This document shows, piece after piece, positions 22,804-34,449 of a DNA stretch of 64,000 nt (its first letter is position 1; each line of letters starts with the position of its first letter). Position numbers and translations under genes: made by a program. Source of the DNA: Alteromonadaceae bacterium (GTDB lineage Bacteria > Pseudomonadota > Gammaproteobacteria > Enterobacterales > Alteromonadaceae); NCBI GenBank assembly GCA_047621305.1, contig JBLHNB010000012.1, positions 11,024 to 75,023 of the forward strand. The letters run 5' to 3'. The notes under the pieces are model-generated. The model was not told the origin of the DNA, made no database searches, and saw only the letters and a list, made by a program, of their open reading frames with translations.

Positions 22804-23157
22804 CTAAAACTGAAGACCAGCTTCACGAGCTGCATCTGCTAACGCTTTTACGCGACCATGATAACGGAAACCAGAACGGTCAAAAGCAATCTTAGTGATG
22901 CCTTTAGCTACTGCACGTTCTGCAATAACTTTACCGACGGCTGTTGCTGCTGCAACGTTACCTGTTTTTTCTAACTGAGCACTAACTTCTTTTTCTAAAG
23001 TAGACGCAGATGCGATTACTTCAGAACCAGTTGGAGCGATCAATTGCGCGTAAATATGGCGAGGAGTACGGTGAATGACTAAACGATTCGCACCCAGCTC
23101 GCTAATTTTTGCACGAGCGCGTTTAGCGCGGCGCAAACGAGATGTTTTCTTATCCAT
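22804..23157 (-). CDS. rplR: 50S ribosomal protein L18
   Basis: [12 protein letters not shown]. Confidence 0.99.
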   Translation of the reverse strand: MDKKTSRLRRAKRARAKISELGANRLVIHRTPRHIYAQLIAPTGSEVIASASTLEKEVSAQLEKTGNVAAATAVGKVIAERAVAKGITKIAFDRSGFRYHGRVKALADAAREAGLQF

Positions 23158-23166
23158 AGTTTTACC

Positions 23167-23700
23167 CTACTTCTTCTTAGCTTCTTTACGACGAACGTGT
23201 TCATCAGCATAACGAACACCTTTACCTTTATAAGGCTCAGGTTTACGGTATGCACGAATGTTCGCTGCGGTTTGACCGACCAACTGTTTATCAGCACCTT
23301 TCAGTACGATTTCAGTTTGGCTAGGAGTTTCAACAGTAATTCCTTCAGGAATTTCGTGTTTGATTGGGTGTGAAAAACCTAGTGATAAATCTAATGACTT
23401 ACCCGCAGCTTTTGCACGGTAACCAACACCCTGTAAAACCAATTTCTTTTCAAAACCTTTACTTACACCTTCAATCATATTACTGATTAAAGCACGTGAA
23501 GTACCGGCTTGAGCCCAAGCGCCTTTATCTTCCGATGCGATCGTTGTTTTGATTACGTTTTCTTCTTGAGAAATCGCTACAAAACTATGAATCGTACGTG
23601 ATAATTCACCTACTGGACCTTTAACTTTAATGTCTTGACCTGATAACGTAACAGTAACGCCAGCAGGAACAGCGACAGGTGCTTTTGCAACACGAGACAT
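23167..23700 (-). CDS. rplF: 50S ribosomal protein L6
   Basis: [19 protein letters not shown]. Confidence 0.99.
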   Translation of the reverse strand: MSRVAKAPVAVPAGVTVTLSGQDIKVKGPVGELSRTIHSFVAISQEENVIKTTIASEDKGAWAQAGTSRALISNMIEGVSKGFEKKLVLQGVGYRAKAAGKSLDLSLGFSHPIKHEIPEGITVETPSQTEIVLKGADKQLVGQTAANIRAYRKPEPYKGKGVRYADEHVRRKEAKKK

Positions 23701-23710
23701 AACTTGCTCC

Positions 23711-24106
23711 TTACTCTACGAAACCGATGATTTCGCCACCAATACCCGCATTGCGAGCGGCGCGATCAGTCATCAAACCTTTTGAAGTTGAAATAATCGC
23801 AACACCCATGCCAGCAAGAACTTTTGGAAGTTCATCACAGCTTTTGTATATACGAAGACCAGGACGTGAAACACGCTTGATCACTTCAATTACTTCTTTA
23901 CCTTCGAAATATTTCAAAGTAACGTCTAACTGAGGTTTAGCATCAGTTGTAACGTTATACTCTGAAATGTAACCTTCTTCTTTCAGCAAGTTTGCTATAG
24001 CAACTTTAACCTTTGAAGATGGCATTGTAACTGCAACTTTTGCTGCAGATTGACCGTTGCGGATGCGTGTAAACATGTCCGCGATAGGATCAGTCATCAT
24101 AACCAT
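23711..24106 (-). CDS. rpsH: 30S ribosomal protein S8 (exact start Met uncertain)
   Basis: [20 protein letters not shown]. Confidence 0.98.
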   Translation of the reverse strand: MVMMTDPIADMFTRIRNGQSAAKVAVTMPSSKVKVAIANLLKEEGYISEYNVTTDAKPQLDVTLKYFEGKEVIEVIKRVSRPGLRIYKSCDELPKVLAGMGVAIISTSKGLMTDRAARNAGIGGEIIGFVE

Positions 24107-24119
24107 TTACTCCCGTGAA

Positions 24120-24425
24120 TTACCAACTAGCTTTCTTAAGACCTGGAACTTCACCGCGCATAGTTGCTTCACGCAACTTGATTCGGCTTAAACCGAATTT
24201 ACGCAAGTAACCATGTGGACGGCCAGTAATATTACAACGATTACGTTGACGACTACTGCTCGAATCACGAGGTAAACTTTGAAGTTTCAATACAGCATCC
24301 CAGCGCTCTTCTTCAGAAGAATCAGTACCAGAGATGATTGCTTTTAGTGCACTACGCTTTTCAGCGTATTGAGCTACTAGTTTAGTTCGTTTAGCTTCAC
24401 GAGCTTTCATTGACGTTTTAGCCAT
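24120..24425 (-). CDS. rpsN: 30S ribosomal protein S14 (long, Zn-free form)
   Basis: [18 protein letters not shown]. Confidence 0.99.
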   Translation of the reverse strand: MAKTSMKAREAKRTKLVAQYAEKRSALKAIISGTDSSEEERWDAVLKLQSLPRDSSSSRQRNRCNITGRPHGYLRKFGLSRIKLREATMRGEVPGLKKASW

Positions 24426-24429
24426 AACT

Positions 24430-24975
24430 CTACACCTTTTTCATGAACGGAAAATTGAAGGCAGACAATAAAGCATGTCCTTCATCATTATCTTTCGCGC
24501 TCGTAGTTATAGTGATATCCATTCCGCGAATCTTATCGATCTTATCGTAATCGATTTCAGGGAAAATGATTTGCTCACGGATGCCCATGCTGTAGTTACC
24601 ACGACCGTCAAATGACTTAGGATTTAAGCCACGGAAGTCACGGATACGAGGAATAGAGATAGAGATTAAACGCTCTAAAAATTCCCACATGCGTTCGCCG
24701 CGTAGAGTTACTTTTGTACCTATAGGGTAGCCTTCACGAATTTTGAAGCCCGCAACTGATTTGCGCGCTACTGTCGTGACCGGCTTTTGCCCTGAGATTG
24801 CAGTAAGATCATTTGTGGCGTGTTCTAATACTTTTTTATCAGCAATAGCTTCACCAACACCCATATTCAAGGTGATCTTTTCAATCCGAGGGACTTGCAT
24901 GACACTTTTGTATTCAAACTTCGTCTGAAGTTCTGCAACAACTGTATCTTTATAAAAATCATGCAGTTTCGCCAT
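24430..24975 (-). CDS. rplE: 50S ribosomal protein L5
   Basis: [18 protein letters not shown]. Confidence 0.99.
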   Translation of the reverse strand: MAKLHDFYKDTVVAELQTKFEYKSVMQVPRIEKITLNMGVGEAIADKKVLEHATNDLTAISGQKPVTTVARKSVAGFKIREGYPIGTKVTLRGERMWEFLERLISISIPRIRDFRGLNPKSFDGRGNYSMGIREQIIFPEIDYDKIDKIRGMDITITTSAKDNDEGHALLSAFNFPFMKKV

Positions 24976-24987
24976 CGTTTACTCCAA

Positions 24988-25302
24988 TTATATTAATTCG
25001 TTATTAGATTTGAAAAAACGTACTTTTTTGCCGTCTTCAATTCTAAAACCAACACGATCAGCTTTCCCAGTACCTGGGTTAACAATCGCTACGTTGGATA
25101 CATTTAAAGGTGCTTCTTTTTCAATAATGCCACCAGGCTGCTGTAACTGTGGTACAGGCTTAGTGTGCTTCTTGATTAAGTTAATACCTTCAACAAATAC
25201 TTTGCTGTCTTCAACAAGAACTTTGGTCACTTTACCAGTTTTGCCCTTGTCTTTACCTGCAAGTACTATTATTTCATCATCACGACGAATCTTAGATGCC
25301 AT
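24988..25302 (-). CDS. rplX: 50S ribosomal protein L24
   Basis: KOW motif GKDKGKTG. Confidence 0.99.
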   Translation of the reverse strand: MASKIRRDDEIIVLAGKDKGKTGKVTKVLVEDSKVFVEGINLIKKHTKPVPQLQQPGGIIEKEAPLNVSNVAIVNPGTGKADRVGFRIEDGKKVRFFKSNNELI

Positions 25303-25314
25303 TATCGTGACTCC

Positions 25315-25683
25315 TTAAAGTACTTCTGGTGCTAATGAAACGATCTTCATAAATTTTTCATTACGAAGTTCACGTGTCACAGGCCCAAAAATACGAGTAC
25401 CAATTGGTTGTAAGTTAGCATTTAACATTACAGCCGCATTTTCATCGAAACGGATAGTAGAACCATCTGAACGACGAACACCTTTCTTAGTGCGCACCAC
25501 TACTGCAGTAAGAACATCACCTTTTTTAACTTTACCGCGAGGACTTGATTCCTTCACAGCAATTTTAATGATGTCACCTATGCGTGCGTAGCGACGGTGC
25601 GAACCACCAAGAACCTTTATACATTGTACACGCTTAGCTCCGCTATTATCAGCACAGTTAAGCTGTGATTGCATTTGGATCAT
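25315..25683 (-). CDS. rplN: 50S ribosomal protein L14
   Basis: ADNSGAK, SLAPEVL. Confidence 0.99.
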   Translation of the reverse strand: MIQMQSQLNCADNSGAKRVQCIKVLGGSHRRYARIGDIIKIAVKESSPRGKVKKGDVLTAVVVRTKKGVRRSDGSTIRFDENAAVMLNANLQPIGTRIFGPVTRELRNEKFMKIVSLAPEVL

Positions 25684-25796
25684 TTAATATGTCTCCGCTA
25701 TTTATCTTTTCTACATACAAAAGATAGAAATTAAAGGCCAGAAATTTGACCCGTCACTGCCTTTCCAACCCGAAAAATTCATTAGCTGAACTGACC

Positions 25797-25814
25797 GGGC
25801 GCGAGATTATAACA
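25797..25814 (-). promoter_or_regulatory. spc operon promoter (extended -10)
   Basis: Minus strand TGt-TATAAT followed by GC-rich discriminator CTCGCGCCC. Confidence 0.65.
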
Positions 25815-25982
25815 CCACTTAATGTAAAGAGATACTCTATTGAGTTAAAAAATAGACAATTCTATCGAGGAAGACTTAAATTTTGTTATGGGTTTAGGTT
25901 GGCCGATTTATAAAGGTATTACTAAGGTGGGTGTTTACAATAATTTTAAAATATTCTCTGTATTTATTTACGTTTATATAAA

Positions 25983-26020
25983 ATGAAGAAAGCCCCTGTC
26001 ATTTTCATGACAAGGGCTTT
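25983..26020 (-). terminator. S10 operon terminator
   Basis: AAAGCCCTTGTCA...TGACAGGGGCTTT followed by a pyrimidine run, downstream of rpsQ. Confidence 0.75.
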
Positions 26021-26054
26021 GTAACTATTACGTTAAACTCATTATACTAGATAA

Positions 26055-26306
26055 TTAAGCTTTAGTAATTACATCAACTAGAGTCCAGTTTTTAGACTTT
26101 GAAATTGGTGCAACTTCACGAATTGTTACTAAATCACCTTCATTACACTGGTTAGTTTCGTCATGCGCTTTCAACTTAGTTGAGCGCGTTAGATACTTAC
26201 CGTACATTGGGTGTTTAACACGTCGTTCAATTAGTACAGTGATAGACTTATCCATTTTATCACTGACAACACGACCTTGTAGTGTACGAATTTTTGCTTC
26301 GCTCAT
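26055..26306 (-). CDS. rpsQ: 30S ribosomal protein S17
   Basis: [11 protein letters not shown]. Confidence 0.99.
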   Translation of the reverse strand: MSEAKIRTLQGRVVSDKMDKSITVLIERRVKHPMYGKYLTRSTKLKAHDETNQCNEGDLVTIREVAPISKSKNWTLVDVITKA

Positions 26307-26497
26307 TACTTACCTGCCTTTTCAGTTATGATAGTCTTAACACGTGCTATATTGCGACGTACTATTCTTAGCAAATGAGTTTGTGCTAATTGACCAGTAC
26401 TTGCCTGCATGCGGTAATTAAACTGCTCGCGTAGTAAGCCTAGTAATTCAGCATTTAACTCTTCAATGCTTTTTTCTTTAAGTTCGTTAGCTTTCAT
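26306..26497 (-). CDS. rpmC: 50S ribosomal protein L29
   Basis: [15 protein letters not shown]. Confidence 0.99.
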   Translation of the reverse strand: MKANELKEKSIEELNAELLGLLREQFNYRMQASTGQLAQTHLLRIVRRNIARVKTIITEKAGK

Positions 26498-26910
26498 TAC
26501 ATCACCGTCCGAGTTACGAAACTAGTTTTAAACGGAAGTTTAGCTGCTGCTAAAGCAAATGCTTCACGTGCAACCGTTTCCGGAACACCGTCCATTTCAT
26601 AAAGAACACGACCAGGAAGAATTTGACATACCCAATATTCTACTGAACCTTTACCTTTACCCATACGAACTTCTAGAGGTTTTTTAGTAATTGGCTTATC
26701 AGGGAATACGCGTATCCAGATTTTACCTTGACGCTTAACATGACGAGTCATTGCTCGACGAGCGGCTTCAATCTGACGAGCAGTCATACGACCACGCTCA
26801 AGAGATTTTAGACCGAAAGTACCGAAGCTGACTGAACTACCAACATGTGCAAGACCACGGTTGCGCAGTTTATGTTGCTTACGGAATTTAGTACGTTTTG
26901 GTTGTAACAT
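26497..26910 (-). CDS. rplP: 50S ribosomal protein L16
   Basis: [18 protein letters not shown]. Confidence 0.99.
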   Translation of the reverse strand: MLQPKRTKFRKQHKLRNRGLAHVGSSVSFGTFGLKSLERGRMTARQIEAARRAMTRHVKRQGKIWIRVFPDKPITKKPLEVRMGKGKGSVEYWVCQILPGRVLYEMDGVPETVAREAFALAAAKLPFKTSFVTRTVM

Positions 26911-26920
26911 TACTTAGCTC

Positions 26921-27616
26921 CTACTTAGGCTTTCGGTTGTTCTTTCTTTTTGGCTTAGCCGCTGGTACTTCTGCCTGTAGAGGCATTTTACCAATGATTT
27001 CACCCTTAAAGATCCAAACTTTAATACCAATAACACCATAAGTAGTGTCGCCACGCGCAATTGCGTAGTCGATATCAGCACGTAATGTATGCAAAGGTAC
27101 ACGACCCTCACGATACCATTCTGCACGTGCGATATCAGCGCCGCCTAAACGACCACTAACTTGTACTTTGATGCCTTTAGCGCCTAAACGCATTGCGTTT
27201 TGTACTGCACGCTTCATAGCGCGACGGAACATAACACGACGTTCTAATTGACTAGCAATGCTGTCTGCAACAAGCTGCGCATCCATTTCTGGCTTACGTA
27301 CTTCAGCGATGTTGATTTGAGCAGGAACACCAGCAATTTTAGATACGGCTAAACGTAATTTTTCAACATCTTCGCCTTTCTTACCGATAACTACACCCGG
27401 ACGAGCCGTATGAATAGTTACGCGGATAGATTTAGCTGGACGTTCAATTACCACTTTTGATAATGAAGCACGTTTAAGCTTTTCAGTTAAATATTCGCGA
27501 ACCTTATGGTCCCCGTCTAAGTTACTGGCAAAGTCTTTGTTGCTTGCAAACCATGTAGACGCGAAAGGTTTACTAATACCTAAGCGAATACCGTTTGGAT
27601 GTACTTTTTGACCCAT
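26921..27616 (-). CDS. rpsC: 30S ribosomal protein S3
   Basis: [13 protein letters not shown]. Confidence 0.99.
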   Translation of the reverse strand: MGQKVHPNGIRLGISKPFASTWFASNKDFASNLDGDHKVREYLTEKLKRASLSKVVIERPAKSIRVTIHTARPGVVIGKKGEDVEKLRLAVSKIAGVPAQINIAEVRKPEMDAQLVADSIASQLERRVMFRRAMKRAVQNAMRLGAKGIKVQVSGRLGGADIARAEWYREGRVPLHTLRADIDYAIARGDTTYGVIGIKVWIFKGEIIGKMPLQAEVPAAKPKRKNNRKPK

Positions 27617-27627
27617 ACTAATATCTC

Positions 27628-27960
27628 CTAGCTATCAGATACAATCACAGTAATGTGGCTTGTACGCTTAATGATGCGATCGGCACGGCCTTTCGCTCGA
27701 GGTCTAATACGTTTCATTGTAGGACCATCGTCAACCATTATAGTTTTTACGATAAGTTCATCAATGTCTGCACCTTCGTTGTGCTCAGCATTAGCAATGG
27801 CTGAATTAAGTACTTTTTTAACTAGTTCAGCGGCTTTCTTATTGCTGTAAGTTAAAATTTCAAGTGCTTTTTCAACGTGCAAGCCGCGGATTTGATCCAC
27901 AACTAAACGTGCTTTCTGAGCAGAACCACGGGCAAATTTATGTATAGCTATAGCTTCCAT
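27628..27960 (-). CDS. rplV: 50S ribosomal protein L22
   Basis: [16 protein letters not shown]. Confidence 0.99.
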   Translation of the reverse strand: MEAIAIHKFARGSAQKARLVVDQIRGLHVEKALEILTYSNKKAAELVKKVLNSAIANAEHNEGADIDELIVKTIMVDDGPTMKRIRPRAKGRADRIIKRTSHITVIVSDS

Positions 27961-27970
27961 TTAATTTCCC

Positions 27971-28246
27971 CTATCTCTTCGCTTTCTTATCCGCGACATG
28001 GCCACGGTAAGTACGAGTTGGTGCAAATTCGCCTAATTTATGACCGATCATTTCATCAGTTACAAATACAGGCACGTGTTGACGGCCATTATGGACAGCT
28101 ATGGTCAATCCGATCATCGTTGGGATGATCATTGAACGACGGGACCAAGTTTTAATTGGCTTTTTATTCCCGCTTTCCAGAGCTTTCTCTACCTTCGTCA
28201 GCAAGTGTAGGTCAATAAATGGACCTTTCTTGAGAGAACGTGGCAT
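27971..28246 (-). CDS. rpsS: 30S ribosomal protein S19
   Basis: [21 protein letters not shown]. Confidence 0.99.
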   Translation of the reverse strand: MPRSLKKGPFIDLHLLTKVEKALESGNKKPIKTWSRRSMIIPTMIGLTIAVHNGRQHVPVFVTDEMIGHKLGEFAPTRTYRGHVADKKAKR

Positions 28247-28273
28247 GGTGAATCCTCTATTTAATTAAATGTA

Positions 28274-29098
28274 CTATTTAGTACGACGACGTACGATAAA
28301 TTTATCGGTACGTTTGTTTGAACGAGTCTTGTAACCTTTAGTTGGTACGCCCCAAGGGGATACCGGGTGACGACCGCCTGATGTTTTACCTTCACCACCA
28401 CCGTGTGGGTGATCAACTGGGTTCATGGCAACACCACGAACAGTTGGGCGAACACCGCGCCATCTTGAAGCACCAGCTTTACCCAAAGAGCGAAGCATGT
28501 GTTCAGAATTGCCGATTTCACCTAAAGTAGCACGACAATCTGACTCAATTTTACGCATTTCACCAGAGCGAAGACGTAAAGTGACATAAGCACCGTCTTT
28601 AGCAACTAGCTGTGCATAAGTACCAGCAGCACGTGCGATTTGAGCACCTTTACCTGGTTTAAGTTCAATTGCGTGTACAACACTACCTAATGGCGTATTG
28701 CGAAGCGGTAAAGTATTACCTGGCTTGATTGGAGCATCGACACCTGACTGGATAGAATCTCCAGCACTAAGACCTTTTGGGGCCAAGACGTAACGACGTT
28801 CACCATCAGCATAAAGAACAAGTGCAATGTTTGCACTACGGTTTGGATCATATTCCAAACGCTCAACTTTTGCAGGGATACCATCTTTATTACGTTTAAA
28901 GTCGACGATACGATAATGTTGCTTATGTCCACCACCAATGTGACGAACCGTAATGCGACCATTATTGTTACGACCACCAGACTTAGATTTAGTATCTAAT
29001 AATGGTGCGTAAGGCTTACCTTTATGTAATTCCGCGTTTACCACTTTAACAACGTGGCGACGACCCGGAGAAGTAGGTTTACATTTTACTATAGCCAT
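28274..29098 (-). CDS. rplB: 50S ribosomal protein L2
   Basis: [25 protein letters not shown]. Confidence 0.99.
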   Translation of the reverse strand: MAIVKCKPTSPGRRHVVKVVNAELHKGKPYAPLLDTKSKSGGRNNNGRITVRHIGGGHKQHYRIVDFKRNKDGIPAKVERLEYDPNRSANIALVLYADGERRYVLAPKGLSAGDSIQSGVDAPIKPGNTLPLRNTPLGSVVHAIELKPGKGAQIARAAGTYAQLVAKDGAYVTLRLRSGEMRKIESDCRATLGEIGNSEHMLRSLGKAGASRWRGVRPTVRGVAMNPVDHPHGGGEGKTSGGRHPVSPWGVPTKGYKTRSNKRTDKFIVRRRTK

Positions 29099-29110
29099 TT
29101 GAACTTGCTC

Positions 29111-29413
29111 CTATGATTCCGCGCCGACGAAGTCGATTTCGCTGCCTTCAGCAAGAGTTACATATGCTTTTTTCCAATCGTTACGACGACCAGTACGAGC
29201 ACCTGTACGTTTCTCTTTACCTTTAACATTTAAAGTACGAACACCGTCAACAGAAACTTCAAAAAGTTTCTCTACGGCCGCTTTGATTTCAGCTTTTGTA
29301 GCAGTAGTAACAACTTTGAAAACAACCGTGTTGTTTGCTTCAGCAGCCATAGTGCTTTTTTCAGAAATGTTCGGTGCTAAAAGCACTTTTAACAAACGTT
29401 CTTCGCTTATCAT
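29111..29413 (-). CDS. rplW: 50S ribosomal protein L23
   Basis: [12 protein letters not shown]. Confidence 0.99.
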   Translation of the reverse strand: MISEERLLKVLLAPNISEKSTMAAEANNTVVFKVVTTATKAEIKAAVEKLFEVSVDGVRTLNVKGKEKRTGARTGRRNDWKKAYVTLAEGSEIDFVGAES

Positions 29414-30015
29414 GCTAACATCTCCTCAATTTGCTTAACTGCAGAAGCAGTTATCAAAACTTTCTCGAAACCAACCAAGCTAACAGGGTCAATACCAGCT
29501 ACGTCACGAACGTCAACTTTATATAAGTTGCGTGCTGATAAGAACAAGTTCTCATCAACTTCTTGAGTGATGATTAATACATCTTTTAACTCAAGACCGT
29601 TTAACTTAGCTACTAACTCTTTAGTTTTAGGTGTTTCAACAGCAAATTCATTCACAACAATCAAGCGTTCTTGACGAACTAACTCAGATAGGATGCTTTG
29701 AATTGCGCCGCGATACATTTTACGGTTAACTTTTTGGCTATGATCCTGAGGTTTAGCAGCAAATGTTACACCACCTGAACGCCAAATTGGACCACGAGTA
29801 GTACCAGCACGTGCACGGCCAGTACCTTTTTGACGCCATGGTTTTGCGCCACCGCCGCTAACTTCTGAACGAGTTTTCTGAGCACGAGTACCTTGACGAG
29901 CACCAGCTGCGTATGCAACTACTACTTGGTGTACTAAAGCTTCATTAAACTCACGTCCAAAGGTTGCTTCAGAAACTTCAAGACCGCCTGAAGCGTCTTT
30001 TAATTCTAATTCCAT
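29410..30015 (-). CDS. rplD: 50S ribosomal protein L4
   Basis: [14 protein letters not shown]; ATG at 30015 has AGGAG at normal spacing. Confidence 0.98.
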   Translation of the reverse strand: MELELKDASGGLEVSEATFGREFNEALVHQVVVAYAAGARQGTRAQKTRSEVSGGGAKPWRQKGTGRARAGTTRGPIWRSGGVTFAAKPQDHSQKVNRKMYRGAIQSILSELVRQERLIVVNEFAVETPKTKELVAKLNGLELKDVLIITQEVDENLFLSARNLYKVDVRDVAGIDPVSLVGFEKVLITASAVKQIEEMLA

Positions 30016-30032
30016 CACAAATCTCCTGGACG

Positions 30033-30671
30033 TTAGGCTTTAACAGCTGGTTTAATGATTACGTTACCGTTGATAGCACCCGGAACTGCACCTTTAATAA
30101 GGAGCAAGTTACGTTCTGCATCGACACGAACCAATTCAAGGTTTTGTGTAGTAACGCGCACAGCCCCCATGTGACCAGACATCTTTTTGCCTTTGAAAAC
30201 GCGACCTGGTGTTTGACACTGACCTAACGAACCGTTAGATCTATGCGCTAATGAAACACCATGCGTTGCGTGTTGCATTGAAAAGTTCCAGCGTTTAATA
30301 CCGCCTTGGAAACCTTTACCTTTAGAAGTACCAGTTACGTCTACTAATTTTATGTCATTGAAAAGCTCAACAGTAATTTCACTGCCAGCTTCAAGACCTT
30401 CACCTTCGTTTGCATTTAAACGGAATTCCCACAGGCCACGGCCTGCTTCGATACCAGCTTTTGCAAAATGTCCGGCTGTTGGCTTGTTAGTACGATTAGC
30501 TTTTTTGCTACCCGTAGTAACTTGAAGCGCTGAATAACCATCGTTGTCAACAGTTTTAACCTGAGCAACACGGTTGGCTTCAACTTCAAGGACTGTAACA
30601 GGAGTAGAGACACCATCTTCAGAGAAGATGCGAGTCATACCCACTTTACGTCCAACTAGACCTATAGTCAT
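30033..30671 (-). CDS. rplC: 50S ribosomal protein L3 (true start MTIGLVGRK at 30671)
   Basis: [20 protein letters not shown]. Confidence 0.98.
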   Translation of the reverse strand: MTIGLVGRKVGMTRIFSEDGVSTPVTVLEVEANRVAQVKTVDNDGYSALQVTTGSKKANRTNKPTAGHFAKAGIEAGRGLWEFRLNANEGEGLEAGSEITVELFNDIKLVDVTGTSKGKGFQGGIKRWNFSMQHATHGVSLAHRSNGSLGQCQTPGRVFKGKKMSGHMGAVRVTTQNLELVRVDAERNLLLIKGAVPGAINGNVIIKPAVKA

Positions 30672-30684
30672 GTTAAAACTCCTA

Positions 30685-31206
<522 letters not shown>

Positions 31207-31340
31207 TACTTAGTTATTATATCTTACCAACTTGCATTTTTGACAAAAAAAACCTTAAACTTCATTTTACGAAGGTGCTCAGTTGTTTCCTTAAGTAATT
31301 TAAGGTATCACATCCATTAAATCAGTTCATATCATCAATG

Positions 31341-32609
31341 CTATTCAAAGGAAGGTATACAATTGTCATACTCTATAACGGGTAAGCTTTTGTTCATGTT
31401 TTGTTTATTTACTGTTGGGATATGAGTAGGTTCAAGACAACAAAAAGCAGCAATGGTTAGTTCATATATTTTTGCCAAATTATATAAATCAGCTAAAGCC
31501 ACATGTTCATTCACTTGATGGATAGTTGTATTTTTAAGGCCAAACTCAATCACTTGCGTTTTATCTGACGCAATAAAACGACCATCTGAAGTACCTCCGT
31601 CAGTTGTTAGTATTGGTATTAGGCCGACAGTTTTTGAAATCGCATCACTAATAATAGCGACAAAATCATCCGCTAGGTTAAAATACGGATCACATGGCCT
31701 TTGCCAGTCTACTTCAATGTTTGTATGAAAAGATTGTAATATTTCATAGATAATCGCTTTTAAAGACGGCTCATTGTACAAACTGCTGTAGCGGATATTA
31801 AAGTGAATATCAGTTACTCCTGGTACAACATTATCAATAAATTCGCCACTATTTAATTGGGTAATCTGTAGACTAGTACCTGGCATTTCTTTGGTGCCTT
31901 TATCCCAGCTTAAATCAAGTAACTTATCGGCAATAGTAACGGCATAATGTGCTGCATTTTCACAGTTATCGGGGTAAGCGACATGACCTTGTCGGCCAAG
32001 CACTCGAATGTGCCCTGAAAGTGCACCTCGTCGACCTATTTTTATTGTGTCGCCTAATGTTTCTTTACAAGAAGGCTCTCCTACCAAGCAATAATCAGGA
32101 ATATTTTCCGATGCCAAGTTATGTAGATATTCCATCAAAGATACCGTGCCGTGCTCTGCTTCGCCTTCTTCGTCACAAGTGATCAGTAACATTAATGTAC
32201 CACGCGAACAATGTGTTATTAAACTTTCAATGGCAGCAATAAAACAAGCGATTGCTCCTTTCATATCAGCAACACCACGACCATAAAGACATTCATCGAT
32301 AATGTCGCCACTAAAAGGTGGGCACCGCCATAAATGTTCAGGACCTGTTGGCACAACATCGAGATGGCCAGCAAAAGCAAATATTCCTCCTTCACCAAAA
32401 TATTGCTTGGCAACTAAATTTCTTACGCCTTGATGAGTAACCTCATGACAATTAAAACCTAAAAAAGTTAAATGGTTAACTAAAAAATCAAAGCTGCCAG
32501 CATCATCGGGGGTAATAGATGGGTATTTGACCAGTATTTTTGTTAAATCTATAGCACGCTGTCTTAACTCAACGTTTTTAGAATGGCTTTTATCGATCAC
32601 TTTTATCAC
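31341..32609 (-). CDS. dapE: DapE-like M20A metallohydrolase (divergent succinyl-DAP desuccinylase, probable paralogue)
   Basis: GHLDVVP, GRGVADMKG, CDEEG, VGEP, GRRG, QGHVAYP, GGTSDGRF, TIHQVNE; N- and C-terminal extensions. Confidence 0.75.
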   Translation of the reverse strand: MIKVIDKSHSKNVELRQRAIDLTKILVKYPSITPDDAGSFDFLVNHLTFLGFNCHEVTHQGVRNLVAKQYFGEGGIFAFAGHLDVVPTGPEHLWRCPPFSGDIIDECLYGRGVADMKGAIACFIAAIESLITHCSRGTLMLLITCDEEGEAEHGTVSLMEYLHNLASENIPDYCLVGEPSCKETLGDTIKIGRRGALSGHIRVLGRQGHVAYPDNCENAAHYAVTIADKLLDLSWDKGTKEMPGTSLQITQLNSGEFIDNVVPGVTDIHFNIRYSSLYNEPSLKAIIYEILQSFHTNIEVDWQRPCDPYFNLADDFVAIISDAISKTVGLIPILTTDGGTSDGRFIASDKTQVIEFGLKNTTIHQVNEHVALADLYNLAKIYELTIAAFCCLEPTHIPTVNKQNMNKSLPVIEYDNCIPSFE

Positions 32610-32732
32610 TCTTTATTAAATTTATAAATAAATTCAGCGATATACACTTTTTTTGTTTCAATCTCAGAATTACTGGGATTTATCACATTATGTTCACATA
32701 GTGTATAACGAAAAATTTTCACTTACCTTCTA

Positions 32733-32757
32733 GACGAATGGAGAGCACACAAATTTA
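32733..32757 (-). promoter_or_regulatory. ECF (OrbS/PvdS-type) promoter upstream of dapE-like gene
   Basis: Minus strand TAAA-tttgtgtgctctccatt(17)-CGTC. Confidence 0.65.
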
Positions 32758-32806
32758 ATAAACCATCGTAATAGATGATTGTTACTATTCCAAAAACTGA
32801 GATAAC

Positions 32807-32851
32807 TTGCGTTACACTCCAGTAATGCGTATGGTAATGATTACTATTAAC
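32807..32851 (+). promoter_or_regulatory. sigma70 promoter overlapped by Fur box, upstream of tonB
   Basis: TTGCGT-N17-TATGGT; GGTAATGATTACTATTAAC (32833-32851) matches 14/19 of the Fur consensus. Confidence 0.65.
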
Positions 32852-32908
32852 ATCAGCGAAGTATCAATGCTAGGCCAAGTAATCCTATAACCTGAGTGAG
32901 TATCAACA

Positions 32909-33679
32909 TTGTCTAGAGCCAATTTATTTATCTTTTTCCTCGTCACGATCGCTCACGGACTGATAATATTTAGCTTTAGCCAAGATTTTTTTGAAAATAG
33001 GCAAGAAATTTATCAACCTAGCCTCCAAGGCCTTTTAATTACTCCATTAAACCAAGTTGATAAAAACGATATCCCGCCACTTATAAAGAAAACTCCACCA
33101 ATATTCGAAACACAACCGATAAGGGAGACTCCACCAGTAGTAAAAACTCAACCGATAAGTGAGATACAACCAATAGTCAAAACTCAACCGACAAGTGAGA
33201 TGCAACCAATAGTCAAAACTCAACCGACAAGTGAGATGCAACCAATAGTTAAAACTCAACCGACACGTGAGATGCAACCAATAGTTAAAACTCAACCGAC
33301 ACGTGACATTCCACCAATAGTAGAGACCCTAGCGACAGGTGAGACTCAAGCTATAATTAAGATAGATAAAGAGCCAAGTTCACTGGTGCTTCCTCATCTG
33401 AACGACGCTAATGCGCTTAATAACCCCAAACCTATTTATCCCCGCTTATCTCGTCGATTACACGAAGAAGGTACCGTGTTACTGGAAATACTGATTTTAT
33501 CCGATGGCTCAGTAGGTGAAATTCGTCTTAAAACATCGAGTGGCTTTACCCGTTTAGATCAAACAGCAAAAGCAACAGTGAAACACTGGCGGTATCAACC
33601 AGCCAAACAAAATGGTAAACCCATTGCTTACTTGTACATACAACCAGTGTATTTTTCATTAACTCATTCTAAAACTTAA
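32909..33679 (+). CDS. tonB: TonB energy transducer
   Basis: N-terminal TM with His (IAHG), Pro-rich linker, C-domain NPKPIYP...EEGTV...SSGFTRLD...WRYQPA. Confidence 0.9.
   Translation: MSRANLFIFFLVTIAHGLIIFSFSQDFFENRQEIYQPSLQGLLITPLNQVDKNDIPPLIKKTPPIFETQPIRETPPVVKTQPISEIQPIVKTQPTSEMQPIVKTQPTSEMQPIVKTQPTREMQPIVKTQPTRDIPPIVETLATGETQAIIKIDKEPSSLVLPHLNDANALNNPKPIYPRLSRRLHEEGTVLLEILILSDGSVGEIRLKTSSGFTRLDQTAKATVKHWRYQPAKQNGKPIAYLYIQPVYFSLTHSKT
33098..33349 (+). repeat. In-frame 36-bp tandem repeat, about 7 units (PIVKTQPTSEMQ), in TonB linker
   Basis: Units PIFETQPIRETP / PVVKTQPISEIQ / PIVKTQPTSEMQ x2 / PIVKTQPTREMQ / PIVKTQPTRDIP / PIVETLATGETQ. Confidence 0.95.
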
Positions 33680-33699
33680 CTCATTAAATAGGAAATATC

Positions 33700-34449
33700 A
33701 TGGAAACCTCGTACGGAATTTCAGCCATTTGGTCACAGAGTGATGGTGTTATTAAAGCTGTCGCTATAATATTATTAATGATGTCACTCGCTTCTTGGTG
33801 TGTCATTTTAGTAAAGGCATATAAACTCTATTTACTCAATCGACCTTTGAAAGGTTCAAAAGAATTTTGGCATAGTCAAGACATCACAAGTGGCTTAAAC
33901 CTTTTATATGTCGGTAGCACAGGACCAACGGCATTTAGCCAGTTAGTAAACGAAGGGTTAGATGCGAAAAAACACCACGCACAATATAAAGCAGATTTGC
34001 ACGGTAATCTTCCTTTATCTGAATGGGTAATCGCTTGCTTACGCACTTCAATAGAAGATAGTAAAACCAACTTAGAAAAAGGCTTAGCTATACTTGCATC
34101 CGTTGGTTCTACTGCGCCTTTTATCGGTTTATTAGGTACTGTTTGGGGTATTTATCATGCATTAGTTGCTATAGGCGCATCAGGGCAAGCCGGTATTGAT
34201 AAAGTTGCGGGTCCTGTAGGCGAAGCTTTGATCATGACGGCTTTTGGCCTTGCCGTCGCTATTCCTGCTGTACTTGGCTATAACGCCCTCACCCGAGGTA
34301 ATAAACGGATAATTAATAGGCTTAACCATTTTGCACATGAGCTACATGCCTACATGATTATCGGGTCAGCACCGACAAAAACTAATGGAAAAAAACAACC
34401 GGAAAAATCAGAATCGTTAGCAGTAAGCAACAATGAGGTTACTCAATAA
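33700..34449 (+). CDS. exbB: ExbB (MotA/TolQ/ExbB family)
   Basis: STAPFIGLLGTVWGI, GEALIMTAFGLAVAIPA. Confidence 0.9.
   Translation: METSYGISAIWSQSDGVIKAVAIILLMMSLASWCVILVKAYKLYLLNRPLKGSKEFWHSQDITSGLNLLYVGSTGPTAFSQLVNEGLDAKKHHAQYKADLHGNLPLSEWVIACLRTSIEDSKTNLEKGLAILASVGSTAPFIGLLGTVWGIYHALVAIGASGQAGIDKVAGPVGEALIMTAFGLAVAIPAVLGYNALTRGNKRIINRLNHFAHELHAYMIIGSAPTKTNGKKQPEKSESLAVSNNEVTQ

Noticed and set aside
17660-30616. Many short antisense or alternate-frame ORFs in the ribosomal operons
   Set aside because: They are shadows of highly biased ribosomal genes with no recognisable domains.
33047-33295. Antisense repeat ORF (LSFNYWLHLTCR)n as a RiPP precursor
   Set aside because: It is the reverse-strand shadow of the TonB repeat, with no leader and no RiPP enzymes nearby.
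33098-33349. 36-bp repeats as a CRISPR array
   Set aside because: Units are head-to-tail with no spacers, lie in frame inside tonB, and there are no cas genes.
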